Shown here piece by piece: positions 19,164 through 28,933 of a stretch of DNA of 64,000 nt. The DNA is from Candidatus Magasanikiibacteriota bacterium (GTDB lineage: Bacteria > Patescibacteriota > Patescibacteriia > Magasanikbacterales > GWA2-37-8): the NCBI GenBank assembly GCA_041665405.1, contig JBAYIZ010000001.1, forward strand, positions 26,618 to 90,617. Reading direction: 5' to 3'. The notes below the pieces were generated by a model that saw only the letters and a program-made list of their open reading frames with translations, searched no databases and had not been told where the DNA came from. Each line of letters begins with the position of its first letter. Within the stretch, counting starts at the first letter, position 1. Both the position numbers and the translations under genes were made by a program.

Positions 19164-20258
19164 ATGATATACGAAAAAATTATTCGTCCGATTTTATTTA
19201 AAACAGATCCTGAATGGATTCATAATTTTGTTATATCTGGCTTATCAATAGTGAGTAGTTTGCCATTAGTATCGAATGTGATAGCTAAATATTTTAATGT
19301 TAACGACTCGTCTCTGATTACATCTGTAGGAAAAGTAAAGTTGAACAATCCTGTTGGTTTGGCGGCTGGTTTTGATAAAAATGTTACTGCTCCACTGGCG
19401 TATAATATGCTCGGTTTTGGTTACGCAGAATTGGGGTCGGTAACTTATAGTGGACAACCGGGTAATCCAAAGCCTCGTTTATGGCGTTTACCAAAAGACC
19501 AGTCGTTGATTGTTTATTATGGTCTATATAATATTGGAGCAAAAAATATTTTAGAAAAAATGAAAAAACTTAAAGCTCGTAAAATTCCTTTGGGTATTAG
19601 CATCGCGCCGACTACGGGTCTAATTTTGTCGGAAATGACCGCTGACTATTTACGAAGTTTTGAAATTTTGTATCCATATGCTGACTTTATCACTCTCAAT
19701 GTAAGTTGTCCCAATGTGGCTGGGTGTGATTTGTTTGCCCAAATTTCTTTTATAAGAGAATTGGTTAGTGCTATAAATGATTTTAAGAAATCAAAAAATA
19801 TTGATCTGGATATTTTTGTTAAAATTGGGCCAGATATGGACAACGAGCAATATGATGAAATTTTGGATATTTGTGTAGCTAATAATGTGACGGCAATTAT
19901 TGCTACTAATTTAATAAAAAAACGTGAAAGTATAAAATCTTTGAGTGAACCAAAAATATTATCTCATCCAGGTGGAATATCTGGAAGGCTTTTAAGAGAA
20001 CGAAGTAATGAGGTGATCAAACATCTGTATGCTCGTGCCAATGGTCGGTTGAAGATCATCGGTTTAGGAGGAGTTTTTTCTGCGCAAGATGCTTATGATA
20101 AGATAAAATGCGGAGCTAGTGCGATTCAGCTAATCACTGGGTTTATTTACAATGGACCGTGGGCGATGAAAAATATTAATAAGGGGTTGGTAGAATTGCT
20201 TAAAAAAGACGGATATAAAAATATTAGTGAAGCGGTGGGAAGAAGTGTTGTAAAGTAG
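19164..20258 (+). CDS. pyrD: Dihydroorotate dehydrogenase (family 2-like)
   Basis: DHODH signatures (GLAAGFDKN, C-terminal GGV..GASAIQL TIM-barrel motifs). Confidence 0.85.
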   Translation: MIYEKIIRPILFKTDPEWIHNFVISGLSIVSSLPLVSNVIAKYFNVNDSSLITSVGKVKLNNPVGLAAGFDKNVTAPLAYNMLGFGYAELGSVTYSGQPGNPKPRLWRLPKDQSLIVYYGLYNIGAKNILEKMKKLKARKIPLGISIAPTTGLILSEMTADYLRSFEILYPYADFITLNVSCPNVAGCDLFAQISFIRELVSAINDFKKSKNIDLDIFVKIGPDMDNEQYDEILDICVANNVTAIIATNLIKKRESIKSLSEPKILSHPGGISGRLLRERSNEVIKHLYARANGRLKIIGLGGVFSAQDAYDKIKCGASAIQLITGFIYNGPWAMKNINKGLVELLKKDGYKNISEAVGRSVVK

Positions 20259-20260
20259 CT

Positions 20261-21319
20261 ATGATTAATGACATGAATTTTAAAAAAGATATTTATCAGC
20301 TACCAACTCCAGATAAAGTGTATGATTGGCAGGGGATACGATGGGAAATTTTTTTAGCTAAAAATTTCTCTAGCCAATGGGTAAATGAAACGACTCATAA
20401 TTTGGTATTAAAGTGTCGGCAGTCTTTTGAGCGTTATGGTGAAATTAGCCTAGAGGACGATTATGACAACAAATCATTAGTTTTATTAGCTAGAGTTCAT
20501 TTTGAAAATGAAAATGGACAGCAGGAAGAATTTTTCTCATTACGTTTGATACCAGCACAGGGTGAGCCTTTTTTAACCGAAGATTTACAGGTCATATTGC
20601 ATGGTGGGGGGAATTTGTATGAATTAATAAAAGATAAATTACATTTTGGACATTCTGAATCTCATAAATATATATTTACAATTTCTCGTTTTTGTGGTCT
20701 TTCTTTAATTCCCAGTAATCAAAATCATTTAAAACATACCACCCTCAGTTTAGTTATTTTGTGGCTATTCGCTTTAGAGGGTGTTCCAAAACCTCACAAA
20801 GATATTGCTATAACGGCGATGTTTAATCGCCATATTTTTAGTAAGGTAAGTCGTTTGAAAATAAATAACAAAGAGTTTGTTTTATCTCTGCCAGAGATCC
20901 ACGAGACCCTATCTTTGTCGATAGAAAATTTTGGTAATTTTTTTCCTGGTCCAGTAGCCTTTCATTATCCAGCTTATTTTTTCAATTTACCTGAATTGAT
21001 ATCTTGGTTTAGAAAAATATTTGATGATAAAAAAATTAATCTAGATACTATCAAACATTGTTGGGGAACGGAGATTGATTGGGTTCAAATAGAAAAAGAA
21101 TTATCACATGATAAAATGGCAGTAATAAAAAAGATGCACGGCTTGGGCAAAATGTTGAATGGTTGCACACCTTTGCCTGGGTGTAAACTAAATAGTGTTG
21201 AGTTGAGAAACGATTTAGAAGAAGCAGTGAAAAGTTCATTAGTTTTAAAATTAATCAAATTAGAAGATTTGGAAAAAATATTGAAAAAATTTCTAGATAA
21301 TATATCTTTTATCGTTTAA
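20261..21319 (+). CDS. Hypothetical protein
   Basis: No recognisable motif; immediately upstream of the E1-like gene. Confidence 0.4.
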   Translation: MINDMNFKKDIYQLPTPDKVYDWQGIRWEIFLAKNFSSQWVNETTHNLVLKCRQSFERYGEISLEDDYDNKSLVLLARVHFENENGQQEEFFSLRLIPAQGEPFLTEDLQVILHGGGNLYELIKDKLHFGHSESHKYIFTISRFCGLSLIPSNQNHLKHTTLSLVILWLFALEGVPKPHKDIAITAMFNRHIFSKVSRLKINNKEFVLSLPEIHETLSLSIENFGNFFPGPVAFHYPAYFFNLPELISWFRKIFDDKKINLDTIKHCWGTEIDWVQIEKELSHDKMAVIKKMHGLGKMLNGCTPLPGCKLNSVELRNDLEEAVKSSLVLKLIKLEDLEKILKKFLDNISFIV

Positions 21320-21323
21320 TTGT

Positions 21324-22580
21324 ATGATTGTAAATCGTTTTATTCGGAAACCATATGTATTTGAGGGGATACAAGCGATTAAAAATAATTTGATTAAAAA
21401 AGGTGAAGACGGGGCGATTGAAATACTTTATCATGATAATTGGATTTCAATTCCACCGGCTAATCAGTTTGATCTGACTGCGGCCACTATTTTTGGTTTG
21501 AATGAGCGCCTAACTCTAGCCGCTCTCTCACCAGTAACCGATAGTTCTGGGTTAACTTTGCGTGAACAGTTCAATGACGAATGGATGAAATATACACAAG
21601 CGCTCGAATCAGAAGATTTATTTTCCTATGGTTATTTTGCGTATTATGAGGAAAAAAATCATCTCGTTCATTATTGTGATCCTTATTGGCATAAAGTGGT
21701 AGCGGTGGCCAGTAATTCTACTTTATTATCTGATCCAGAACTGAAATTAAAATGGAAAGAAGTTAGAGAAATTTTTGCTAATACAGTTGTTGGAGTAGCT
21801 GGTTGTAGTGTGGGTAGCAATATTATTCACAATGTTATGATGGACATGCGTCCAGATAAGATAAAAATAGCCGATAAAGTACCATATAAAATGGAAAATA
21901 TTAATCGTGTCCGTTTGGGGTATTGGGATATGGTAAAGAGTAATGCAGATAAAGCTGGCCTAATGGATGTGGGATTAAAAAATAAAGCGCATGTAGTGGC
22001 TGATCAAATTTATGGCATGGACCCCTTTACTGATGTTTATGTTTATGATGAAGGACTGAGCAATGAAAATGTAGCTAGTTTTTTTGATGGTGGCGGTACG
22101 GAGCCAAAACTGGATATAATAGTAGAAGAAATAGATGATCCACAGAGTAAATTGTTCATTCGACAAGAAGCCAAAAAACGTCACATACCTTTGATTATGG
22201 CTAGCGATATGGGTTCGATGGTACAAATTGAAGTCTCACGTTATGATTTGGATGAAAATCTTCCTTTGACTTATGGAGTTGATGATGGTGCTTTTATTGA
22301 CGCAGTAGAAAATATTTCCAAAGCAGGTTCGGATAGAAAGTTATTTTTTCAGTTTGTAGATACTTTGATTGGTCGCGATTACTATGAAGATGAATTGCAG
22401 AGAATCATTGAAGAAAAATGTGAGATTCCGACATCTACCATTGTCCCTCAATTGGGTTCTACAGCAGCCTTGTCTGGAGCACTAGTGGCTGAGTTGATAG
22501 CTAGAATTCGTCTAGGTTATAAATATCCTCCTCGTTTTTCTTTTAATAAGAAAACTTTGGAAGTGAAAATTTATCAATAG
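21324..22580 (+). CDS. E1-like / ThiF-MoeB-superfamily adenylyltransferase-fold protein with ~140-aa N-terminal extension
   Basis: Rossmann GxGxxG-like VVGVAGCSVGSNI...D..KIADKV...NINR, then IPLIMASDMGS and GSTAALSGALVAELIA, in E1 order. Confidence 0.55.
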   Translation: MIVNRFIRKPYVFEGIQAIKNNLIKKGEDGAIEILYHDNWISIPPANQFDLTAATIFGLNERLTLAALSPVTDSSGLTLREQFNDEWMKYTQALESEDLFSYGYFAYYEEKNHLVHYCDPYWHKVVAVASNSTLLSDPELKLKWKEVREIFANTVVGVAGCSVGSNIIHNVMMDMRPDKIKIADKVPYKMENINRVRLGYWDMVKSNADKAGLMDVGLKNKAHVVADQIYGMDPFTDVYVYDEGLSNENVASFFDGGGTEPKLDIIVEEIDDPQSKLFIRQEAKKRHIPLIMASDMGSMVQIEVSRYDLDENLPLTYGVDDGAFIDAVENISKAGSDRKLFFQFVDTLIGRDYYEDELQRIIEEKCEIPTSTIVPQLGSTAALSGALVAELIARIRLGYKYPPRFSFNKKTLEVKIYQ

Positions 22581-23686
22581 TTGATAATAACTTTGGAGAG
22601 CGGCCACCTAGGAGAGTGTGGCCGTTTTTTGTCTTCGTCCCTTTTTAGGTAACCCATTCGAAATAGGGTCATGATTCGGCTAGTTGTTCCCAAAAATGAC
22701 ATGGAAAATAATTTATTAATTAAAGTCACTTCGGCGATACCAGCATGTACAGCGCAATAGATACCTTCGGCCGTAAGTTGCAAAAAAATTTCTTCCATCA
22801 CCTTGCCGGCTTCGAGCCAACTTTCAATAGTATCTTCTTGAGAAGTGAGAAAACAAACAGTGGGTGATTTTTCAATACCGATTTTTCCGCCCATAGAAAA
22901 TTTCAATCCATCCTCTGGCCTTAAAGCGGTTTCTCCTTTTAATCCTGAATGTAATCTTTGGGCTTCATCATCTGCTAAACCAAATCCTACGCCTGGCATG
23001 CCGACAAAACTTTCTGTATCATTGGGTAATAGCCACTCTCCCAGTTCATGACTGAATTTTTTGGAGTTTATAACAAAGTTGTCTGCTTGACCCTGAAATT
23101 CTCCAATAGTAAGACGACGCCAACGATCTGACACTAAATGTATTTCTATTTTTTCATTATTAATACTTTCTATTTTTTCTAAAATTTCGATTGGAATTGG
23201 AGTTTGTTCATTGTATTCAGCTCTGGTTACCTGACGATTGAAAATAGCGAGATAATTTTTTTCTAAACTATCATCGGGAGTATCAGAAATGAATTTGATT
23301 TTTGCTAGTGCAATCAACTCAGGATCGGGGATTCCCGGTTTAAAATCTTCTTTTGATGAATTTAATATTTTAATTTCTGTTTTATATCCAAAATAACGGC
23401 TGGACACTTCAATATTCTTTAACGCACATCCGGAGCTGATAACCGTTTGGCGCCCATTGATGTCTGAGGCTGGTAAAATAAAATGTATATTTATAAACAT
23501 CATTATTTCCATCTCTTCCAGATTGATTTCAAATCGCCAAGGTTGGGTGTTGTGGGTGTTGGGGGCCAAATGTCCCACCAGACAGAAGTGTTGTAGCTGT
23601 TCTTTTGGTGAAAGTCCTTTGAATTGATCTTTTTTCCATGGCGTGCTTTTCCAAATATTGTAGTTTTCTCCAGAAAAATTATCCAT
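22574..23686 (-). CDS. Nitroreductase-superfamily (FMN-dependent, SagB/NADH-oxidase-like) protein, long two-lobed form
   Basis: N-terminal nitroreductase signature HLAPNTHNTQPWRF; 370 aa, longer than a simple nitroreductase. Confidence 0.55.
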   Translation of the reverse strand: MDNFSGENYNIWKSTPWKKDQFKGLSPKEQLQHFCLVGHLAPNTHNTQPWRFEINLEEMEIMMFINIHFILPASDINGRQTVISSGCALKNIEVSSRYFGYKTEIKILNSSKEDFKPGIPDPELIALAKIKFISDTPDDSLEKNYLAIFNRQVTRAEYNEQTPIPIEILEKIESINNEKIEIHLVSDRWRRLTIGEFQGQADNFVINSKKFSHELGEWLLPNDTESFVGMPGVGFGLADDEAQRLHSGLKGETALRPEDGLKFSMGGKIGIEKSPTVCFLTSQEDTIESWLEAGKVMEEIFLQLTAEGIYCAVHAGIAEVTLINKLFSMSFLGTTSRIMTLFRMGYLKRDEDKKRPHSPRWPLSKVIINY

Positions 23687-23762
23687 ATCTTATAGTTTTT
23701 TATCTTAAAATAGTGTATAATATAATTATTAAATTATAACAGCTGTGTAATCTTTAAGCAAT

Positions 23763-25406
23763 ATGTTTAGTTTTGATACTCAAGATTTTCAACTCCTCTT
23801 GAGTTTTATTACATTTTTCGCCTCTACAGCCTTGGGGGTTTTGACCTATACCAGAGATCGTAAAAGCTGGACCAATCGTTTGTTTGGTTTGTTGGCGTTT
23901 TTGATTGATGCTTATATAGTGATAAATTTTTTGTCTTTGCATCCGCCAATTTCTACACCAGAGAGTCAGCTGTTCTGGATTAGATTGGTAATGTTTGTTT
24001 GTTCTTTTATTGGGCCTACTTTGCTGTTGTTAGTTATGTGTTTTCCTGGAAGTGTTTTTGGTGTTAAGAAAAAATTTTTTATTCCGATATTGTTGTTGAT
24101 GTTGGTATCAGCGGCTGCGTCTTTGTTGCCTTTGGTTTTTAAATCAATTGAATATCCTAACGGAAGTCCCGTACCAGTACCTGGACCAGGGATAGTTGTT
24201 TTTCTGTTAGACTTTGTTGGTTTGTTTATTGTCAGCTTTGGAGTGCTTATTTATAAATACCGTAAAGCGGTTGATGAAGAAAAAACCAAATTATTATTAT
24301 TTTTATTGGGTGTATTATTTACCTTTACCTTGATGGGTGTACTTACGGTGATTGCGGTGGTAGTTTTCAAATCATCTGCGGGAGTATTTTTGGGGCCAAT
24401 TTCGTTTGTGATCTTGTCTTCGTTTGTAGCTTTTGCCATTATCAAGCACGGCTTGTTTAATGTTAAGGTTATTACTACTAAAGTATTAATTGGCATTTTG
24501 TGGATAGTGTTCTTTTCAAGAATTTTTCTTTATGAATCCACCCAACAACTAATTATTAATTTGGCTTTATTTTTAATAATATTTGTTTTTGGTTTTGGTT
24601 TAGCTCGTAGTGTCGAACGTGAAGTAAAACAAAAAGACGAGGCGTCTGCTTTAGCCGTTTCTTTGGAGCAGGCAAACTTACGCTTGCAGGAGCTGGACAA
24701 ACAAAAAACTGAATTTCTTTCTATAGCTTCCCACCAATTACGCACTCCACTTTCTATATTAAAAGGGTATATTGAATTAATTCAAGATGGTGGATATGGA
24801 AAAATAACTAAACAGACAAATCAAATTCTGAAAAACATGGATGAGAGTAATGAACACCTGATTAAATTGGTGGATGACTTTTTGGATATTTCTCGCATTG
24901 AACAGGGGCGAACAAAATATGATTTTAAAAATTTCAATTTATCTCATACTATAGATGGTGTATTATTTGAATTATGTAAGCGCGCGGACGATAAAGGATT
25001 AAAATGTATATGGCATGATGGCACAGTATTTGAAATAGTTGGAGATGAAGAAAAAATTCGCCATGTTATTTTCAATTTTGTGGATAATGCTATTAAATAT
25101 TCTGAGGATGGAAATGTGAAAATTGATTTGAAAAACAATAATGGGGGTGTTGATGTGACTGTTAGAGATAGTGGATTTGGTTTTGGTAAGGTTGATGGAG
25201 CCAATTTTTTTCAGAAATTTTATCGTGGGGAAAACGTCAAAAATACGAATGTTACTGGTACCGGTTTGGGGTTGTATGTTTGTCGTAAATTCATTGAAGC
25301 GCATGGTGGCAAAGTGTGGGCGCATAGCGCTGGGCTTGGAAAAGGTAGTGAATTTGGCTTTTGGTTGCCGCTAAAGCCCCCTGCTACGGTTTCTGGTAAA
25401 GTTTAG
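23763..25406 (+). CDS. Sensor histidine kinase with ~7-TM N-terminal domain
   Basis: H-box SIASHQLRTPLS, HATPase_c N/D/G boxes (FNFVDNAIKY, RDSGFGF, GTGLGLYV); multiple N-terminal hydrophobic helices. Confidence 0.85.
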   Translation: MFSFDTQDFQLLLSFITFFASTALGVLTYTRDRKSWTNRLFGLLAFLIDAYIVINFLSLHPPISTPESQLFWIRLVMFVCSFIGPTLLLLVMCFPGSVFGVKKKFFIPILLLMLVSAAASLLPLVFKSIEYPNGSPVPVPGPGIVVFLLDFVGLFIVSFGVLIYKYRKAVDEEKTKLLLFLLGVLFTFTLMGVLTVIAVVVFKSSAGVFLGPISFVILSSFVAFAIIKHGLFNVKVITTKVLIGILWIVFFSRIFLYESTQQLIINLALFLIIFVFGFGLARSVEREVKQKDEASALAVSLEQANLRLQELDKQKTEFLSIASHQLRTPLSILKGYIELIQDGGYGKITKQTNQILKNMDESNEHLIKLVDDFLDISRIEQGRTKYDFKNFNLSHTIDGVLFELCKRADDKGLKCIWHDGTVFEIVGDEEKIRHVIFNFVDNAIKYSEDGNVKIDLKNNNGGVDVTVRDSGFGFGKVDGANFFQKFYRGENVKNTNVTGTGLGLYVCRKFIEAHGGKVWAHSAGLGKGSEFGFWLPLKPPATVSGKV

Positions 25407-25478
25407 GGGTTATAGACCGTTGTAATTTTTTCATAAATATTGTAAAATAAAAGTAATAAATATTTAATCTAATTTTTT

Positions 25479-25952
25479 ATGATGTTCCAAAAATCCACTC
25501 CAAAAAATATCGTTGAAGAAGAACCCCAATTTGAAACTCCAGCTGTAACTGAACGAGTGGATGAAGTAGAGACAATAGTAGGCCCTTCAGTAAATGTGGA
25601 GGGTGATTTTGCTTCTGAAGGAAATATTATTGTCAAAGGAACAGTATCAGGCAGTGTGCATACGAGTCGATTTTTATATGTAGAAATAGGGGCAAAGATT
25701 ATGGCCAATGTAAGGGCTGGAAATGCAAAAATTTCTGGTGAAGTGAAAGGAAATTTAAAAATTAAAGAAACTCTAGAACTCACTTCGACCGCTAAGGTGT
25801 TGGGAGATATCGAAGCAAAAGTTTTGTCAGTAGAACCAGGAGCATTGCTTTTCGGCAAGGTGTCCATGCCAGGTATAGAAGGTGCTGATGTGAAAGGTTC
25901 GAAAACACGTATTTCACGTCGTAGTGAAGATGTGGTTGAAGTTGGAGAATAG
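25479..25952 (+). CDS. Bactofilin-family cytoskeletal protein
   Basis: Repetitive beta-helical bactofilin (DUF583) pattern (VKGTVSGSVH.., ISGEVKGNLK.., VLGDIEAKV). Confidence 0.7.
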   Translation: MMFQKSTPKNIVEEEPQFETPAVTERVDEVETIVGPSVNVEGDFASEGNIIVKGTVSGSVHTSRFLYVEIGAKIMANVRAGNAKISGEVKGNLKIKETLELTSTAKVLGDIEAKVLSVEPGALLFGKVSMPGIEGADVKGSKTRISRRSEDVVEVGE

Positions 25953-25990
25953 ATAAAATTGCGTAGGCAATTTTAATACGACAGAAATGT

Positions 25991-26755
25991 ATGTACGTTT
26001 ATCTTTATGACAATTTTTTGCGGCAAAAAAAGTATGATTCCTTAATCAAAGCGGTGGAGGTGCGTTTGACTGATTATGGAATTGCTGGAAAAATTTTGCG
26101 TTTAAACAATTTTATTGATCCAAAACAGATTATTGATGATGAAATAAAGCGTGGTGCCAAAACGATTGTGATAGTGGGAAATGACGCGACTTTCGGATAT
26201 GTGTTGTCACGAGCGGCTACTTGTAATTGTACGTTCGGTTTTTTGCCAGTTGGCGCGGATAATACGATTTCTGAGGTATTAGGAATTCCGGTTGGTGTTG
26301 AGGCGTGTGACGTTTTGTCCAAAAGGCGCAAGGAAAGTTTGGATGTGGGTTGGATGAATAATCGATATTTCGTTTCTCAATTGCATGTGTTGCCAGCAAA
26401 GCTGAAAGTCGTATATGATGAGAGATTTGTAGTGACTGCCAATGAAAAAATGGAAGTGGTAGTTTGCAACTTGCAACCTTATTATTGGAAAAAAGATAAA
26501 AAAGATCAATCAGATCAGGTGGTGCATCCGCAAGACGGCAAGTTGGAGGCGTTTTTAAGACCATTGACAAAGCAGGGGTGGTGGGGATATAAATATGAGG
26601 ACCCAAGTGTATTTCCATTCGAGGAAATGGAGATAGTGTCTGATTCACCATTCACCGTTGAAGCTGACGGAAAAGTTTCCAAAGAGATAAAAGTGAAAAT
26701 CAAATTGGCACACGGGAAGATAGACATGGTGGTCGGTAGGAATAGGCAGTTTTAA
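25991..26755 (+). CDS. Diacylglycerol-kinase catalytic-domain lipid kinase (YegS/BmrU-like)
   Basis: DAGK_cat motifs (IVIVGNDATFGYV, GFLPVGADNT). Confidence 0.65.
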   Translation: MYVYLYDNFLRQKKYDSLIKAVEVRLTDYGIAGKILRLNNFIDPKQIIDDEIKRGAKTIVIVGNDATFGYVLSRAATCNCTFGFLPVGADNTISEVLGIPVGVEACDVLSKRRKESLDVGWMNNRYFVSQLHVLPAKLKVVYDERFVVTANEKMEVVVCNLQPYYWKKDKKDQSDQVVHPQDGKLEAFLRPLTKQGWWGYKYEDPSVFPFEEMEIVSDSPFTVEADGKVSKEIKVKIKLAHGKIDMVVGRNRQF

Positions 26756-26760
26756 AATAA

Positions 26761-26843
26761 GCCCAGGTGGCGAAATGGTAACCGCACAGCCTTGAGGTGG
26801 CTGCGACCGTAAGGTCTTGGAAGTTCAACTCTTCTCCTGGGCA
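26761..26843 (+). tRNA. tRNA-Leu (anticodon GAG), class II with long variable arm
   Basis: Cloverleaf reading GCCCAGG..CCTGGGC-A; anticodon loop TTGAGGT; similarity to bacterial tRNA-Leu. Confidence 0.85.
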
Positions 26844-26857
26844 CGTAAGATTATTTT

Positions 26858-27100
26858 ATGCGATATTTTATTGGAATAATTTGTGTCATAGTCGGGTCAT
26901 TGTTAGTTTTGAAAACTGAATGGTTTCATGAAAATTTTGGAACGATCGGCTGGGCTGAAGAGCATCTTGGAACTAGTGGTGGTAGTCGTTTGTTGTACAA
27001 GTTGTTGGGTCTGGTAGCTATTTTCATTGGTTTTTTACTGGTTACCAACATGTTTCAAGGGTTTTTGATGGGAACAATTGGTAAAATATTTATAAGGTAA
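26858..27100 (+). CDS. Small membrane protein, hypothetical
   Basis: Two predicted TM helices; no motif. Confidence 0.3.
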   Translation: MRYFIGIICVIVGSLLVLKTEWFHENFGTIGWAEEHLGTSGGSRLLYKLLGLVAIFIGFLLVTNMFQGFLMGTIGKIFIR

Positions 27101-27111
27101 TAGACTAAAAT

Positions 27112-27660
27112 ATGTCACATGCAGGGCGCGCGTTAATTGATCCATTTAGTATTTTTACTAAAATAGGGTTGGAAAAAGGGATGAAAGTCGCCGATATGGG
27201 CTGTGGCCGTACTGGACATTTTGTCTTTCCTGCTGCTAGAATAGTTGGTGATACTGGGGTAGTGTATGCTGTCGATATCCTAAAAGAAGTTCTAGAGAAT
27301 ATAACTAGTTGGGTCAAATCTCGTGGCTTGGACAATGTGCAGGTAATTTGGTCGGATATTGAAGTGCCAAACAAGACACCAATTCCAGCAAAAAGTTTAG
27401 ACAGATGCTTTTTTATGAATGTGTTGTTTGGAATAAAAAATAAACAAGCGACATTGTCTGAAGCGACACGTTTGGTAAAAGATGATGGTCAAGTTGTTAT
27501 AGTGGACTGGTCAAAGAGGTTAGGGACACTTGGACCGTCCGATGAAGCCATGATTGATCCTAAAAAATTAACGGAATTGGCTGGTCAATGTGGTTTGAAA
27601 TTAGATAAAGAAATTTTAGTTAGTGATTACCATTATTGTTTGATATTTAAGAAAATATAA
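27112..27660 (+). CDS. Class I SAM-dependent methyltransferase
   Basis: Motif I VADMGCGRTG and downstream AVDI acidic motif. Confidence 0.7.
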   Translation: MSHAGRALIDPFSIFTKIGLEKGMKVADMGCGRTGHFVFPAARIVGDTGVVYAVDILKEVLENITSWVKSRGLDNVQVIWSDIEVPNKTPIPAKSLDRCFFMNVLFGIKNKQATLSEATRLVKDDGQVVIVDWSKRLGTLGPSDEAMIDPKKLTELAGQCGLKLDKEILVSDYHYCLIFKKI

Positions 27661-27662
27661 TT

Positions 27663-28076
27663 ATGCAAGTGCAAAATATTCTGAAGGCGTCGTATTGGTT
27701 CTATCAACCGTTTATCGCTGTTGGGGGAGTAAAGTGGTTTTGGATTGTTGGTTTTTTGGCTTTGGTTTTGGCAGGAATGGTCGCCAAAATTGTGCGAATT
27801 TATAATCAAAAAATAAGCCAGAGTACCAGAGAAGTTTTACGTCGTGCTGGTAATATGCTTATTATCACTGGTTTGCTTGGTCTGTTGTGGATGTTTTTCC
27901 GTCAACAGCAGGTAGCATTTTTGGCTTGGAGGTTCTGGTTGGTTTTGTGGATTGTGTTATTTGTATGGTGGGGTTATAAAGTTATTTTTTATGCCACCAA
28001 AAGATTGCCTTTGATTAGTACTGAACAAGCAAAAAAGGATTTGATGGAAAGATATATGCCAAAAAGTAAAAAATAA
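27663..28076 (+). CDS. Membrane protein, hypothetical
   Basis: Three to four hydrophobic helices; no motif. Confidence 0.35.
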   Translation: MQVQNILKASYWFYQPFIAVGGVKWFWIVGFLALVLAGMVAKIVRIYNQKISQSTREVLRRAGNMLIITGLLGLLWMFFRQQQVAFLAWRFWLVLWIVLFVWWGYKVIFYATKRLPLISTEQAKKDLMERYMPKSKK

Positions 28077-28078
28077 TT

Positions 28079-28438
28079 ATGCATCCTGGGAGGGATAAAA
28101 AATTCGGTAAGTGGGGTGAAGATCAAGCCTGTGCGTTTTTACAACGGCACGGGTTTTTTATTGTGGAGAGAAATTATTTTGCGACGGTGGGCGAAATAGA
28201 TATAGTTGCCAAACAAGATGGTGATTATTATTTTGTGGAAGTAAAAACTCGCGTGGCAGGGGAGATGGCCAGTGATTTGGCGATAACACCTACCAAAAAG
28301 CATAAACTAGAAAAAACTATCAAAAAATATTGTTATCAACGGAATGTACCAGACACGGGTTTGATTTTGGCGGGGTTGTTGGTAGTTTATGACAGAGGGG
28401 CTAAATCAGTCTCATTTCGCCTAGTTGTGATGGAATAA
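28079..28438 (+). CDS. yraN: YraN-family (UPF0102) endonuclease
   Basis: GEDQA..FL..HGF...ERNY...GEIDIVA...FVEVKTR pattern typical of UPF0102. Confidence 0.8.
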   Translation: MHPGRDKKFGKWGEDQACAFLQRHGFFIVERNYFATVGEIDIVAKQDGDYYFVEVKTRVAGEMASDLAITPTKKHKLEKTIKKYCYQRNVPDTGLILAGLLVVYDRGAKSVSFRLVVME

Positions 28439-28514
28439 AATGGCGATTGTTTTTTGTTAAATGAATATGCGCGATTGACAATCTGGCGAAAATGGATTAG
28501 TATTATACTCAAAT

Positions 28515-28928
28515 ATGGACAATTCAAAATTACATATTGTGGCCATCACTGGTTACTTGCGCAAGGGTGATCAATTTTTGATCTTAAAAAGAAGTCCAAA
28601 TGAAATTGCCTTTCCCAGCAAGTGGACCATCCCTGGTGGAAAAGTTGAAGGTGCTAGCAGTGTTGTTGGTACTTTAAAGAGGGAAATTTTAGAAGAAACT
28701 GGTTTGGGAATCAAGGACAAAGTAGATTTTTTCAGTGAGTCAGAGTTTACTCGTCCAGACGGTTATCATGTGCTGGTGCTGTCATTTATTTGTGAATACG
28801 ATTCTGGTGAGGTGCAGATTGAGAAAGATTCATTCAGCGAGTTTGCTTGGATTAACAAAGAAACGTTTACCAATTACGATTTAATAGAAGGCATTAAAAA
28901 AGATTTTAATTTATTATTTAATAAATAA
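28515..28928 (+). CDS. NUDIX hydrolase
   Basis: Nudix box GGKVEGASSVVGTLKREILEETGL. Confidence 0.8.
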   Translation: MDNSKLHIVAITGYLRKGDQFLILKRSPNEIAFPSKWTIPGGKVEGASSVVGTLKREILEETGLGIKDKVDFFSESEFTRPDGYHVLVLSFICEYDSGEVQIEKDSFSEFAWINKETFTNYDLIEGIKKDFNLLFNK

Positions 28929-28933
28929 CACAT

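Noticed and set aside
21324-22580. E1-like protein as part of a ubiquitin-like (Bil/CBASS Cap2-type) conjugation system
   Set aside because: No E2 (UBC-fold HPN..C), JAB/DUB or Ubl gene was recognised nearby, and the N-terminal extension lacks an E2 catalytic motif. It is kept only as an E1-fold adenylating enzyme.
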